Shown here one piece after another: positions 47,718 to 57,271 of a stretch of 64,000 nt of DNA (positions within the stretch are counted from its first letter, which is position 1; each line of letters starts with the position of its first letter). This DNA comes from Caldisericia bacterium (GTDB lineage Bacteria > Caldisericota > Caldisericia > JAAYUI01), in assembly GCA_963674785.1 (NCBI GenBank), contig OY771555.1, forward strand, positions 2,169,175 through 2,233,174. The letters run 5' to 3'. The position numbers and the translations under genes were made by a program. The notes under the pieces are model-generated. The model searched no databases, was not told where the DNA came from, and saw only the letters and a program-made list of their open reading frames with translations.

Positions 47718-48290
47718 ATGAAAGACGAAGAGAAGAACAGAGTACCCCCAGGACAGAGACTCGTATCAAATCTGCCTGTTCTTCACTATGGAAAAACGTG
47801 GGTCATAAAAAAGGAAGATTGGTCTTTCAAGGTTTTTGGACTTGTTGACAAAGACGTTGAACTTTCTTTTGATCAATTCATTTCCCTTCCAAAGATAAAG
47901 CTCGATTGCGACATACATTGTGTCACTGGATGGTCGAGACTCGACACAACCTGGGAAGGCATCAAATCTAGTGCAGTCAAAGACCTTGTAGAAATATCAC
48001 CTAACGCAAAGTTTGTTATGGTTCATGCGATGGGAGGTTTCATGACAAATCTTCCAATAGATGAATTCTTTGACGAAGATGTTATCTTTGCCACTCATTT
48101 TGGTGGAGTTCCAATAACTGCTGAACACGGTGCGCCGGTAAGACTGGTTGTTCCAAAACTCTATTTTTGGAAGAGTGCAAAATGGGTTACCGGAGTCGAA
48201 TTCATGGCTGAAGATAAGATGGGATTCTGGGAAAACTATGGTTATCACAATCACGGTGATCCATGGAAACAGGAACGATACGGTTACTGA
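47718..48290 (+). CDS. Sulfite oxidase-like molybdopterin oxidoreductase (YuiH-like)
   Basis: RVPPGQ, DIHCVTGWS, EHGAPVRLVVP.LYFWKSAKW, GFWE.YGYH..GDPW. Confidence 0.9.
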   Translation: MKDEEKNRVPPGQRLVSNLPVLHYGKTWVIKKEDWSFKVFGLVDKDVELSFDQFISLPKIKLDCDIHCVTGWSRLDTTWEGIKSSAVKDLVEISPNAKFVMVHAMGGFMTNLPIDEFFDEDVIFATHFGGVPITAEHGAPVRLVVPKLYFWKSAKWVTGVEFMAEDKMGFWENYGYHNHGDPWKQERYGY

Positions 48291-48303
48291 TTTTCCAAGC
48301 CGT

Positions 48304-48331
48304 TTGACAAACTGAAAAACTTATCTATACT
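48304..48331 (+). promoter_or_regulatory. Promoter of the methyltransferase gene
   Basis: TTGACA-N16-TATACT. Confidence 0.7.
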
Positions 48332-48354
48332 CCTTCGGAAAAAGGAGTGCAGAA

Positions 48355-49101
48355 ATGGCAAATGAGCTACTTTACGATGGGGTTTTATACGATGCACTGC
48401 GAGGTGGGTATGAATCTGAACTGGAATTTTGGATAACCGAAGCAAACAAGTCAGAAGGAGACGTTTTAGAGCTTTGCTGTGGTACTGGAAGAGTAGCTAT
48501 CCCAATTGCAGAATCAGGTAAGAACGTAACCGGAATTGACATATCAGATTCAATGCTTGAGCAAGGTAAAAAGAAAGCTTCGGAAAAAAATCTAAAGATT
48601 GAATGGATAAAATCTGATATAAGAGAATTTGATCTGGGAAAGAAATTTGGGATGATATATATCCCATTCAACTCCATTCTTCATCTTCACAAAACATCGG
48701 ACATCGAACAGTTATTCTCAAATGTTAAAAGACATCTCACAAAAGATGGTAGATTCTATATTTCTATCTTCAATCCAAACTTACAAGTTCTTTCTAGAGA
48801 TCCAAATACGAGGTTTTTCCATGCAAAATTTGTTAACCCAGAAACTGGCAAATCCATCACCATCGAGGAAAGCCCTAACTATGATAATAAAACACAAATA
48901 AATAATATAACTTTGTACTTTGAATTTGAAGACGGCTATGAAAAAACGGAATCCTTAAGTATCAGGATACTATACCCGCAGGAAATCGACATGTTGCTTC
49001 ACTACAACGGATTCAAGATTGAATCAAAATTCGGCGATTACAAGAGGAATCAATTTGAGAGCGACTCAGGACTTCAGATCTTTGAGCTGAGTTTACGATA
49101 G
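48355..49101 (+). CDS. Class I SAM-dependent methyltransferase
   Basis: VLELCCGTGR, GIDIS.SML, DIREF. Confidence 0.9.
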   Translation: MANELLYDGVLYDALRGGYESELEFWITEANKSEGDVLELCCGTGRVAIPIAESGKNVTGIDISDSMLEQGKKKASEKNLKIEWIKSDIREFDLGKKFGMIYIPFNSILHLHKTSDIEQLFSNVKRHLTKDGRFYISIFNPNLQVLSRDPNTRFFHAKFVNPETGKSITIEESPNYDNKTQINNITLYFEFEDGYEKTESLSIRILYPQEIDMLLHYNGFKIESKFGDYKRNQFESDSGLQIFELSLR

Positions 49102-49102
49102 G

Positions 49103-49414
49103 CTATTTTGGTCTTTTGTGCATCGTAATTCGGCTTTTCATAGCCAATTCGAGTGCGGTTTTATACTGCATTGTGAACTGCTCTGAACCAAGTCTCCTCA
49201 TTTCATCCACATGAAAATCTGTCAGAGTCATGTAACCCTCTAGCTCACAATTTTTGCATTTGACAAGATCATCACGCTTTTTCATTGGCAGAATGTGATC
49301 TTCTGTGAATCCTCCATCCCAACTGCCATCTACAAACTTGACGATATACATAAACCCGCAGCTTTTATCTCCTTCGCAACTCAGGAGTTTTTCGACTGTC
49401 TCAGCAAATGTCAT
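49103..49414 (-). CDS. Hypothetical protein, possible Zn-binding (C-x5-C...CxxC)
   Basis: SD AAGGGGG; CEGDKSC and CKNC. Confidence 0.5.
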   Translation of the reverse strand: MTFAETVEKLLSCEGDKSCGFMYIVKFVDGSWDGGFTEDHILPMKKRDDLVKCKNCELEGYMTLTDFHVDEMRRLGSEQFTMQYKTALELAMKSRITMHKRPK

Positions 49415-49468
49415 ATCAGCCCCCTTAGAAACAATTTAAACTGTTTCAGAAAAAAATGCAAATCGGAA

Positions 49469-50497
49469 TCATTCTTCATCCAGTGGTCTGTATCTTCTCC
49501 AGAATTTATATCGAGTAAGAGATGTATAAGCAATAATCTTTTCAAAGAATGGAAACCTCATCAACAGATGAATAATTAGATAAGAAATCGACACAAAAAC
49601 GAAAAACAGTATCGTACCTACAGCCATTCTCAGTAGCACATTTGAAATCACTATACCTGTAAAACCATAAAAAAGTTTCAGAATCCACAAATAAAAAACA
49701 ACCGCACATACTGCTATAAAACCATGAGCTGTTTCAATCGCCCTTTCAGGACAGATATTCATACAACACATACAACTCTCACATGACAATGTCCAAAAGC
49801 ATCTACCATCAACAATCTTAATCGCATTTACAGGGCATTTTTTTACACACAGACCACACCCTGTACATCTGCTTGATGCAACAAATGTTTTTGTCAAAAC
49901 AAATCGTCCAGCTAGGTAATAAGCAACCGCAATGGGCAAGACCAACAAATCAAAGACCATCTCAAAAAGTGGCTTATAACTTCTCCTGCCTGAAAGAATC
50001 TTTTCAGCGAATCTATTTGTGTCTTCTTTTCTTTTTTTATATATCGCTTTGACACTACTATCATTCAAACCTGGATGAAGAGAAATCCAGTTTGACGGAA
50101 GATCAATTGCCGCCAAACCAATCACCTTGTATCCCTTCAACAACAGAATCAATGATGATAAAAGAAGTGCTATACCGCTAAGTCCTGGAACAAAAAGCCT
50201 ACCAAGTTTTGTTCCAGCCCGGGTATTCATCAAAAACACTTTGTTTTTTGATTTTGTCCTGGGAAACCTCAGGATAAAATGGAGCACAACAGGCGGGTAA
50301 TTGAACCCATGAGTGGGGGAGATGAAACCCAAAGTTTCTTCTGAACCGATCTCTCCTACCCTTCTTTTTTCAAGTTGTGAAATATCAATAAGCTCAGTTG
50401 AAATACCCCTTGATTCAGCACTTTTCTTCATCCATCTTGATACATTCCGGGCGTTGCCTGTTCCCGAAAAATAAAAAATGCTGACTCTCCCAAGCAT
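49469..50497 (-). CDS. EFR1-family flavodoxin-ferredoxin protein with C-terminal TM segments
   Basis: YFSGTGN, CTGCGLCVKKCP, CESCMCCMNICP. Confidence 0.85.
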   Translation of the reverse strand: MLGRVSIFYFSGTGNARNVSRWMKKSAESRGISTELIDISQLEKRRVGEIGSEETLGFISPTHGFNYPPVVLHFILRFPRTKSKNKVFLMNTRAGTKLGRLFVPGLSGIALLLSSLILLLKGYKVIGLAAIDLPSNWISLHPGLNDSSVKAIYKKRKEDTNRFAEKILSGRRSYKPLFEMVFDLLVLPIAVAYYLAGRFVLTKTFVASSRCTGCGLCVKKCPVNAIKIVDGRCFWTLSCESCMCCMNICPERAIETAHGFIAVCAVVFYLWILKLFYGFTGIVISNVLLRMAVGTILFFVFVSISYLIIHLLMRFPFFEKIIAYTSLTRYKFWRRYRPLDEE

Positions 50498-50512
50498 TTA
50501 AAAATCTTCCTT

Positions 50513-50995
50513 CTATTTCTTTTCTTTACTAAGTCTTCGCCTGAATTTCGTCCATGGTAGGTCTGAGTCGGGATTTACAGGATCAACAAGAATTGCTTTT
50601 AATCCAGCTTTTTTTGCACCTTTAATATCAGTTGACAATTGGTCACCAATCATGACACACTCTGAAACTTTTACTCCAAGTCTTTTTGCCCCCAACTTAT
50701 ATCCAAATACCAGAGGCTTCAAAATTGGTGCAGGAAGCAGCTGTTTGACTCCAATGATTTGACAAGCCCTCTTTACACGTCTAGCCCAACCATTTGATAA
50801 AACTGTTATCTTGTAACCTAGTTTTTTGACTTGCTTTATCCATTCGAGAGCATCTGGTAAAAAATCCTCTTTGTCTCTTGATGCAAGAGTATTGTCTATA
50901 TCAATTAGAATCCCTTTTATTCCCCATTCCTCAAGCAACTTAAAAGGAATATCAGAGACCCTCTTAAAATGTCTATCAGGTTTGATTTCGCTCAT
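50513..50995 (-). CDS. YqeG-family HAD IIIA phosphatase
   Basis: DIDNTL, VLSN, KP, IGDQLSTDI.GA. Confidence 0.88.
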   Translation of the reverse strand: MSEIKPDRHFKRVSDIPFKLLEEWGIKGILIDIDNTLASRDKEDFLPDALEWIKQVKKLGYKITVLSNGWARRVKRACQIIGVKQLLPAPILKPLVFGYKLGAKRLGVKVSECVMIGDQLSTDIKGAKKAGLKAILVDPVNPDSDLPWTKFRRRLSKEKK

Positions 50996-51203
50996 ATGAA
51001 AACTTGCAACTCTCTTTTAATCTATCAAGCATAAAAACAAGATTTTCTTCCCCAGAATCCATGCAGTGAACATTCAGCAAACCATAACTACCATCCATCT
51101 CCATACGGTCAATTGTGCATATATTATCTGAGGAATCTAAAATAAACTGAACAAACCAGATTTCACTTCTGTGAATTCTGAGAGAATAGGTTACCAGATT
51201 AAT
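50976..51203 (-). CDS. DUF4911-like small protein (not in ORF track; non-canonical start ATT 51203 or CTG 51197)
   Basis: Stop-free frame INLVTYSLRIHRSEIWFVQFILDSSDNICTIDR...LLNVHC...MLDRLKE fills the tsaE-yqeG gap. Confidence 0.55.
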   Translation of the reverse strand: MNLVTYSLRIHRSEIWFVQFILDSSDNICTIDRMEMDGSYGLLNVHCMDSGEENLVFMLDRLKESCKFSYERNQT

Positions 51204-51595
51204 TTTCTACCACCATCTATTATTTGAATCTCAATCCACTTTGTAGAATCGGGAATAAGCTCAGGAAATTTGTTTGGCCATTCAATAACCTTTACGCCAT
51301 CCATCGCAATATAGTCCCAATACCCAATATCTTCTACATCAGCACTCGAATCAAATCTGTACCAGTCAAAATGATACAATGGAAACTTACCATCCTCATA
51401 TTCCCGAAGAAGCACAAAAGTAGGAGAAATAACTATATCTTCTATTCCCAAAGCCTCAGCTATCCCTTTGACAAACGTTGTTTTTCCTGCACCAAGTGGT
51501 CCAACAAGGGCAATAACTTCATTTCCTGTAAGACTCTCACCAAACCACCTGCCGAGAGAAATAAGCTCTTCTTGACTGGATGTTTTTGATTCCAT
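51191..51595 (-). CDS. tsaE: t6A biosynthesis ATPase TsaE
   Basis: GPLGAGKTTFVKG, SPTF, HFDWYR, IEW. Confidence 0.95.
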   Translation of the reverse strand: MESKTSSQEELISLGRWFGESLTGNEVIALVGPLGAGKTTFVKGIAEALGIEDIVISPTFVLLREYEDGKFPLYHFDWYRFDSSADVEDIGYWDYIAMDGVKVIEWPNKFPELIPDSTKWIEIQIIDGGRKLIW

Positions 51596-51695
51596 GTTGA
51601 AAATTAATGTACATAAAAATAAAAAGAATGCAAGCGATTGGTTGCGGAAAACCGATTAAGGATTATCATATTGTTCAGTGTTCAAGGAGGACAAT

Positions 51696-54413
51696 ATGAA
51701 AAAGCTTTTCGTAGTTCTTGTAGCAGTAATCCTCATTATTCCAACAATCATCTATGCTGATGAGCCACTTGTAGGAGCGATGGATTTCGATCTTGAAAAT
51801 GAAATCACTGCAGAAACTGATCTTTTGGGTTATCTCCTAGAAAAAGGAAACACAACCAGAGAAGATTCTCACATCACCAGAGATTCGATCGACGGGATGG
51901 TGAAAAGATCTGCTGGAGACATGGTATTACCTCACTTTGTTGAGTGCTGGGAAGACCCATATTATCTACCAAGATGGACAAAGAGGATAACCGGTGGATT
52001 AAGAGCATACGCCGGCAAGCCAAATGCGATGTTCAACTATTTCCTTACATCCCAAGCAAGAACAGGCTACATGACTGTGTGGTATCCTCCATATATTCCA
52101 AAAATGGAAGTTGACGAGGAAAACCCACTCGAAAAGGCGCTTGAAGGGCTTTATACGGAAGAGTGGAAGGAAGAAATTGCAAAAAAACTCGCTACATTCA
52201 AGATAGGCAGCAGTATTGCCACAACTCCAAATGGGAATATTGACTTGGGCATAGAATTGCAAATTGTTAATGGAACGTCCTACATACCTATAAGAGCATT
52301 TGAATCAACAATTGGTGCAAGTGTTTTTTGGGACAACGCAACAAGGACAGTAAAGCTCAATTATATAGATTTTATCGGCAATCGTAAAAGTATTGAAATG
52401 CCGATCGATAATAAAGAAATAATTGTCAATGGTAAAAAACAAATTACCGAAACTCCTGCAGTAATAATCAAAGATAGAAGCATGATACCAATCAGGACTA
52501 TTGCTGAAGCATTTGACCTGACACTTGAATACAACTCTGACACCAAAGAAATCGTTTACAAAAACAATTTCGAAAAAATTGAAGAGAAAAACCTCGAAGC
52601 AATCGAAGGTATCGACAACATCAAACTGCAAAAGCTGCTTGCAAGATATCTGCTTCAGATGAAAAGAACAGGTAAATACAGAGATTTTGCACTCAGAAAG
52701 CTCCCAAAAGACAGATACCAGGATATGATGAATATCGGTCGATATATGCATCTCTCATCGAAAGATTATGATGACGAAGATTTTTTAGAGTATCTTGAGG
52801 AAACATTACCAGATGATCAATCTGAACTCGTCTGGGATTTGGCTCACGATTTCGATTATGCAAACATCTACTACGCAACAACCCCACTCATCACAATAAC
52901 AGAGGAACTCAAAAAGTTCTTCGCTGACCCAAGAGAAGATTCAACAGAAAAAGATGAAGATGGAAAAGCTATTCCAGGTAATGAAATCAATCTTTCCAAA
53001 TACGATTTTGAGTTGACTCTTCCGTTTGGAAAATTTGCATTCAACGGCAAAAATGAAGATAACAGTTGGGAATGTGACGAATATTATTCGATCATCGACC
53101 TTGCTGGAAGTGATACTTATCTTGGAAATGCCGCATCAACAGGAATGATTAACCGACCAGTTTCCACAGTTATTGACTGGGATGGTGACGATCTCTACTC
53201 ATCAGACAAAACAACAGTTTGTTCACAGGCATTTGGAATGATGGGTGTTGGTATCCTTGTTGACCATGCCGGTGACGATGAATACAAAGCTTATGATAAT
53301 GCACAGGGTGGAAGCTTCTTTGGTGTTGGCATTCTGCTTGATGAAGGTGGAGACGACACATTCTATGCAAGAAACGTCACTCAGGGCGCTGGTCAGTTTG
53401 GTGTCGGAAACCTTTTAAACTTCGGTGGAGATGACCTTTATTATTGCCTTGGAACAAGCCAGGCATTTGGTTTTGTTGGAGGATGTGGAATTCTTGCTGA
53501 CTCCGAGGGTGATGATACCTATCTGGGTGAAACTGGATACGAAGGTGAAGGTTGGAGCAGAACTGGAAAACCAGGTGATGGCTGGGGTCTTCAGACTGCT
53601 GCAAACCATGGACATGATAATGACCGCAACTATACATTCGTTCAGGGAGCCGGCTGGGGAAGTCGTGCCGACATGGGCGATGGCCACGGAATGGGTGGCG
53701 GAATCGGAATCCTCCTTGACTGTAAAGGTGATGACTTCTACGAATGTGGTGTTTACGGGCAGGCCACTGGATACTGGTTTGGCACAGGAATCTTAAACGA
53801 CATAGAAGGAAATGATTCATATCGTGGAAGCTTCTTTGTGCAATCAGGAACTGCCCACATGGGTCTTACTGAACTTCTGGATGAATCTGGTGATGATACA
53901 TATCAGGTCTTCAAAGCCATATCGAACGGTGGCGCACACGACTTCTCAAACTCATGGTTTATTGATAAAGAGGGTGACGATAACTACCTGATGTACAATG
54001 TTTACAATGAATACGACGATGATGGCAACAAGACCGGTGAAACCTATAAATATGCTGGTGGTGAGCTTTGTGGTGGGGCGATTACAAACTCTCACGGTGT
54101 GCATATCGATTATGGTGGGGACGATAACTACGAGCTTTATACTGCAAGATCGCTTGGTTATTGTCTGCAGAGAACCGGTCCTGCTGGGGACAGTCAAAGG
54201 CACTGGGAGTGGAATGTTGGTTTATACATTAACCGTGGTGGAAACGACACATACAATAGAACCTGGGAAAGAGAAAATGGTGTGAGTGAAGCGTGGCCAG
54301 AGGTCGCCAACAACGCATGTTGGAAACAGGTTAAGCAACCAGGAAATCTCAGTCTTTCGATAGGTTTCGGTCTTGATGTCGAAGAAGGAATTGTACCAGA
54401 GGCTGAGTGGTAG
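51696..54413 (+). CDS. Secreted surface protein: internal copper-amine-oxidase N-terminal (stalk) domain plus 12 xxDxxGDDxY repeats
   Basis: Signal MKKLFVVL..IYA; YIPIRA..GASVFWD and DRSMIPIRTIAEAF stalk motifs; Gly/Asp-rich repeats. Confidence 0.72.
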   Translation: MKKLFVVLVAVILIIPTIIYADEPLVGAMDFDLENEITAETDLLGYLLEKGNTTREDSHITRDSIDGMVKRSAGDMVLPHFVECWEDPYYLPRWTKRITGGLRAYAGKPNAMFNYFLTSQARTGYMTVWYPPYIPKMEVDEENPLEKALEGLYTEEWKEEIAKKLATFKIGSSIATTPNGNIDLGIELQIVNGTSYIPIRAFESTIGASVFWDNATRTVKLNYIDFIGNRKSIEMPIDNKEIIVNGKKQITETPAVIIKDRSMIPIRTIAEAFDLTLEYNSDTKEIVYKNNFEKIEEKNLEAIEGIDNIKLQKLLARYLLQMKRTGKYRDFALRKLPKDRYQDMMNIGRYMHLSSKDYDDEDFLEYLEETLPDDQSELVWDLAHDFDYANIYYATTPLITITEELKKFFADPREDSTEKDEDGKAIPGNEINLSKYDFELTLPFGKFAFNGKNEDNSWECDEYYSIIDLAGSDTYLGNAASTGMINRPVSTVIDWDGDDLYSSDKTTVCSQAFGMMGVGILVDHAGDDEYKAYDNAQGGSFFGVGILLDEGGDDTFYARNVTQGAGQFGVGNLLNFGGDDLYYCLGTSQAFGFVGGCGILADSEGDDTYLGETGYEGEGWSRTGKPGDGWGLQTAANHGHDNDRNYTFVQGAGWGSRADMGDGHGMGGGIGILLDCKGDDFYECGVYGQATGYWFGTGILNDIEGNDSYRGSFFVQSGTAHMGLTELLDESGDDTYQVFKAISNGGAHDFSNSWFIDKEGDDNYLMYNVYNEYDDDGNKTGETYKYAGGELCGGAITNSHGVHIDYGGDDNYELYTARSLGYCLQRTGPAGDSQRHWEWNVGLYINRGGNDTYNRTWERENGVSEAWPEVANNACWKQVKQPGNLSLSIGFGLDVEEGIVPEAEW

Positions 54414-54438
54414 GAATTTGTTAGATTTGTAATAATTT

Positions 54439-54469
54439 AAAAAAGCCCCTCATATGAGGGGCTTTTTTT
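54439..54469. terminator. Bidirectional intrinsic terminator
   Basis: AAAAAAGCCCCTCATATGAGGGGCTTTTTT perfect palindrome between convergent genes. Confidence 0.9.
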
Positions 54470-54484
54470 GTGAGTACTTACGTT

Positions 54485-55744
54485 TTACTTACTATAAATA
54501 GTCCCAACTAAAGTATTCTTTTCTCCGTCTGGGTAATTCAGAATCATGAATTCTTCATCATTCCATTGGACAATTGCCCTCCTGGACTGTTTGATGTTAA
54601 AGTACAAATCATCTCTGTCAAAATCAAGACTGCAGAACGTTTTATCCTGTGTGTTGTATATTTCCAATAGATAAGAAGTTTCTTCTGTTTTATAGACTGA
54701 AAACCAATTCTCGTTCGCACTCAAAATTGACTTATTTGAAATTCCATCTACTTTAAAAAGTTCTTCTTCAACCTTATCACCAGTCGAAATCTTGAAAACA
54801 TCAGTAAGTTCAGCATCATTTCTCATGCAGGAAGTATAGTATATTGATTCATCAGGAAAGGCTGTCGGATGGGAGATGATTTGTCCCATATCATTTATCT
54901 GATCAATCCTTCCTGTGGGAATATGATATGTCATAAGTTTTGAGCAAAGTATCGGATAACTGCTTGAACTTAATCTCCTTAACGAGTTACCTTCTAATTG
55001 ATCCGAAGCAAAAAACAGGTATTCTCCACTTAGAGTAATTCTCGAATTTTCAGCATCAATACCCCTTTTCCTGAAATCAACGAACTCTTCTTTTTCAATA
55101 TCGTAGATTAGCAATTCAGTTGGATACCTCAAATATATCACATACTTATCGTTAAATCGAAGCGATGATGAGGCAATTGTATGAGTATCCTCATAAATTG
55201 TTTTGGTTTCACCGGTCAAAACATCAAAAATATGCAATGTTTCAGTACCCTGAGTTTGTAGATAACACTTTCTGAAAAGAAGTTTACCATTTTTAAAACC
55301 ATTTATTTGCTGATATTTTCCTTCTTCATAGGCTGGAAGCAAAGTTGTTACACCAGTTTCGGTTCTATAAAGAAATATGGATTTTCTACCACTTTCAAAT
55401 CCTTTCCATCCGACAATGTAATTATCGGCTACACCAGGATTTGTTACTTGAAAAACATCTTCCAATACAAGCTCAGATCGGTTTTCATCGATAAAAAACC
55501 TGTAGATATCAGCTTTATAGTCCTCTCTATTTAGCTGATAATAAAAGCTTTCTCCATCATAGCTGTTCTTAAGAGCTATGATATCTCCCTCTGCCTCTAA
55601 TTTGAACTCTACGCTTGAGTAATCGATTTGCTCAAACTGACCACCTTTTGTCACCGTAGCCATAACATTCCCACCATAGCCAAAAAAACTTATTGACAAA
55701 CAGATTATAGCGAACGCCAATACAATAGTGCCGATTCTTTTCAT
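54485..55744 (-). CDS. Secreted beta-propeller protein (TolB-like)
   Basis: Signal peptide; repeated I.LY..ETG / IFDVLTGET / IYDIEKE blades. Confidence 0.6.
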   Translation of the reverse strand: MKRIGTIVLAFAIICLSISFFGYGGNVMATVTKGGQFEQIDYSSVEFKLEAEGDIIALKNSYDGESFYYQLNREDYKADIYRFFIDENRSELVLEDVFQVTNPGVADNYIVGWKGFESGRKSIFLYRTETGVTTLLPAYEEGKYQQINGFKNGKLLFRKCYLQTQGTETLHIFDVLTGETKTIYEDTHTIASSSLRFNDKYVIYLRYPTELLIYDIEKEEFVDFRKRGIDAENSRITLSGEYLFFASDQLEGNSLRRLSSSSYPILCSKLMTYHIPTGRIDQINDMGQIISHPTAFPDESIYYTSCMRNDAELTDVFKISTGDKVEEELFKVDGISNKSILSANENWFSVYKTEETSYLLEIYNTQDKTFCSLDFDRDDLYFNIKQSRRAIVQWNDEEFMILNYPDGEKNTLVGTIYSK

Positions 55745-55879
55745 TTCACTCCTCCTTTTTTTGATAAAGTCAACTCCGAAGCAACAATTAAAAAATAAAT
55801 TAACCCACCTAATTACTCAAGTTATAATCAATTAAGGTATGTTTAAGATAAATATTCTGTACAATACCACATAAATCGG

Positions 55880-55908
55880 AAAGGCAGACATTGATTTGTC
55901 TGCCTTTT
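55880..55908. terminator. Hairpin/terminator between the two propeller genes
   Basis: AAAGGCAGACA-ttgatt-TGTCTGCCTTT. Confidence 0.65.
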
Positions 55909-55921
55909 ATCTCAAAAACTC

Positions 55922-57196
55922 TTATCTACTCAGAACAATACCCCTGTTTATCGGTTCTGAATCTTCTTCATCTGACGTAGTCCAAAGAAGAATCGTATCT
56001 TCAGATCGTCTCGATGGTATTACAAAATCCTCTGAAGTTAATATTGGGAACTCGACCTCATCAATAATTGAGTATCCATAAATACTAGGTCTATCCATCT
56101 CCTCAGATTGACTATCCGCCCAAACAACCCAGTTACCAAAAAAACTTGGAAATGTTTTACGTGAAAAAGTTGTGCTGATAGGCTTTACTACTGCAGAAGT
56201 GCCGGATAACTCTGCAAGCATCACAACACCTTTTTGTGGAAATTTGTGATCCTCTGGCACAGACGCAAAGAAGGAAACTTTGTTTCCCACGATATTTGGA
56301 TCTGAAAAACCGACATTCTCATCACTTGCAATTACAAACTCTTCACCTGTAGAAATTTTGTACCCATAAATCTCTCCATTCCAATCATTAGAAACTGTCA
56401 TTTTAGGAATCTCTTTTACATGCCTGGTTTCTTCATTTCTGTGATCTTCCCACACTATGTAATCACCAGAAATACAAGCATTTGACTGGTTATAATACTC
56501 GTGACAAACAACTGTTTTTTCATCAGTTTCTAAGTTGTATAGGAAAACATCGTTATTACCACTATTTCCGGCCGACCATACAATATTTTCCCCAGCGACT
56601 GCAATATTATAAACCTCCATACCATCAATGATTGTTTTTGTCTCTTCCAATATCGGGTCGTACGTCAAATATCTGTTCAGGTCTTCCTGGAATATAAGTT
56701 TCCCATCCGTGAAGTTTACAGGTGCAGCATAGTAACTTTTGCTCCTGATTATCTCTTTTCTTTCGCCTGTTCTTCTATCATACATATAAATCACATTGTT
56801 GTGATGTTCTATTGTCTCGCGATAGACATAAAAAACATAGTCTTCAGTTATGATTGATCTGCTTTCATCTGCAGGAGAATCTGTTACCTGGGTTGTTTCG
56901 CCGGTATCTGCATCAAAAACGTAAACATCAGAATCCCCATCCTCATCATATCCTGTATAAACAAAGGAATTTCCATGAACTACCTTACTATTTCTTGTTC
57001 TTGTATGCATTCCATCTGCATAAGAAAACTCATGTGTCTTTATGCTGGTTTCCCTATAATCCCCGTTGTTTCGTAGTAACCAATCATCTGGCCATTTTTT
57101 CTCAATATTTCCAATATCGTTGATTACAAAAAACATAATCAATACAATAATAATCATGGCTGTAAAAACTGTAAGAATCGCTTGACTCAATTTCAT
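55922..57196 (-). CDS. Membrane-anchored beta-propeller protein (Methanosarcina surface-protein-type repeats)
   Basis: N-terminal TM; DVYVFDADTG, DVFLYNLET, ISGDYIVWEDHRN, EIYGYKISTGEE. Start refined after AAGGAGG. Confidence 0.68.
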   Translation of the reverse strand: MKLSQAILTVFTAMIIIVLIMFFVINDIGNIEKKWPDDWLLRNNGDYRETSIKTHEFSYADGMHTRTRNSKVVHGNSFVYTGYDEDGDSDVYVFDADTGETTQVTDSPADESRSIITEDYVFYVYRETIEHHNNVIYMYDRRTGERKEIIRSKSYYAAPVNFTDGKLIFQEDLNRYLTYDPILEETKTIIDGMEVYNIAVAGENIVWSAGNSGNNDVFLYNLETDEKTVVCHEYYNQSNACISGDYIVWEDHRNEETRHVKEIPKMTVSNDWNGEIYGYKISTGEEFVIASDENVGFSDPNIVGNKVSFFASVPEDHKFPQKGVVMLAELSGTSAVVKPISTTFSRKTFPSFFGNWVVWADSQSEEMDRPSIYGYSIIDEVEFPILTSEDFVIPSRRSEDTILLWTTSDEEDSEPINRGIVLSR

Positions 57197-57271
57197 CTCT
57201 GCCTCCTTAACCAATATGACACATAATGAATCGATTTGTTTACAAAAACCAAAGCAATTGGAGAATCATTA

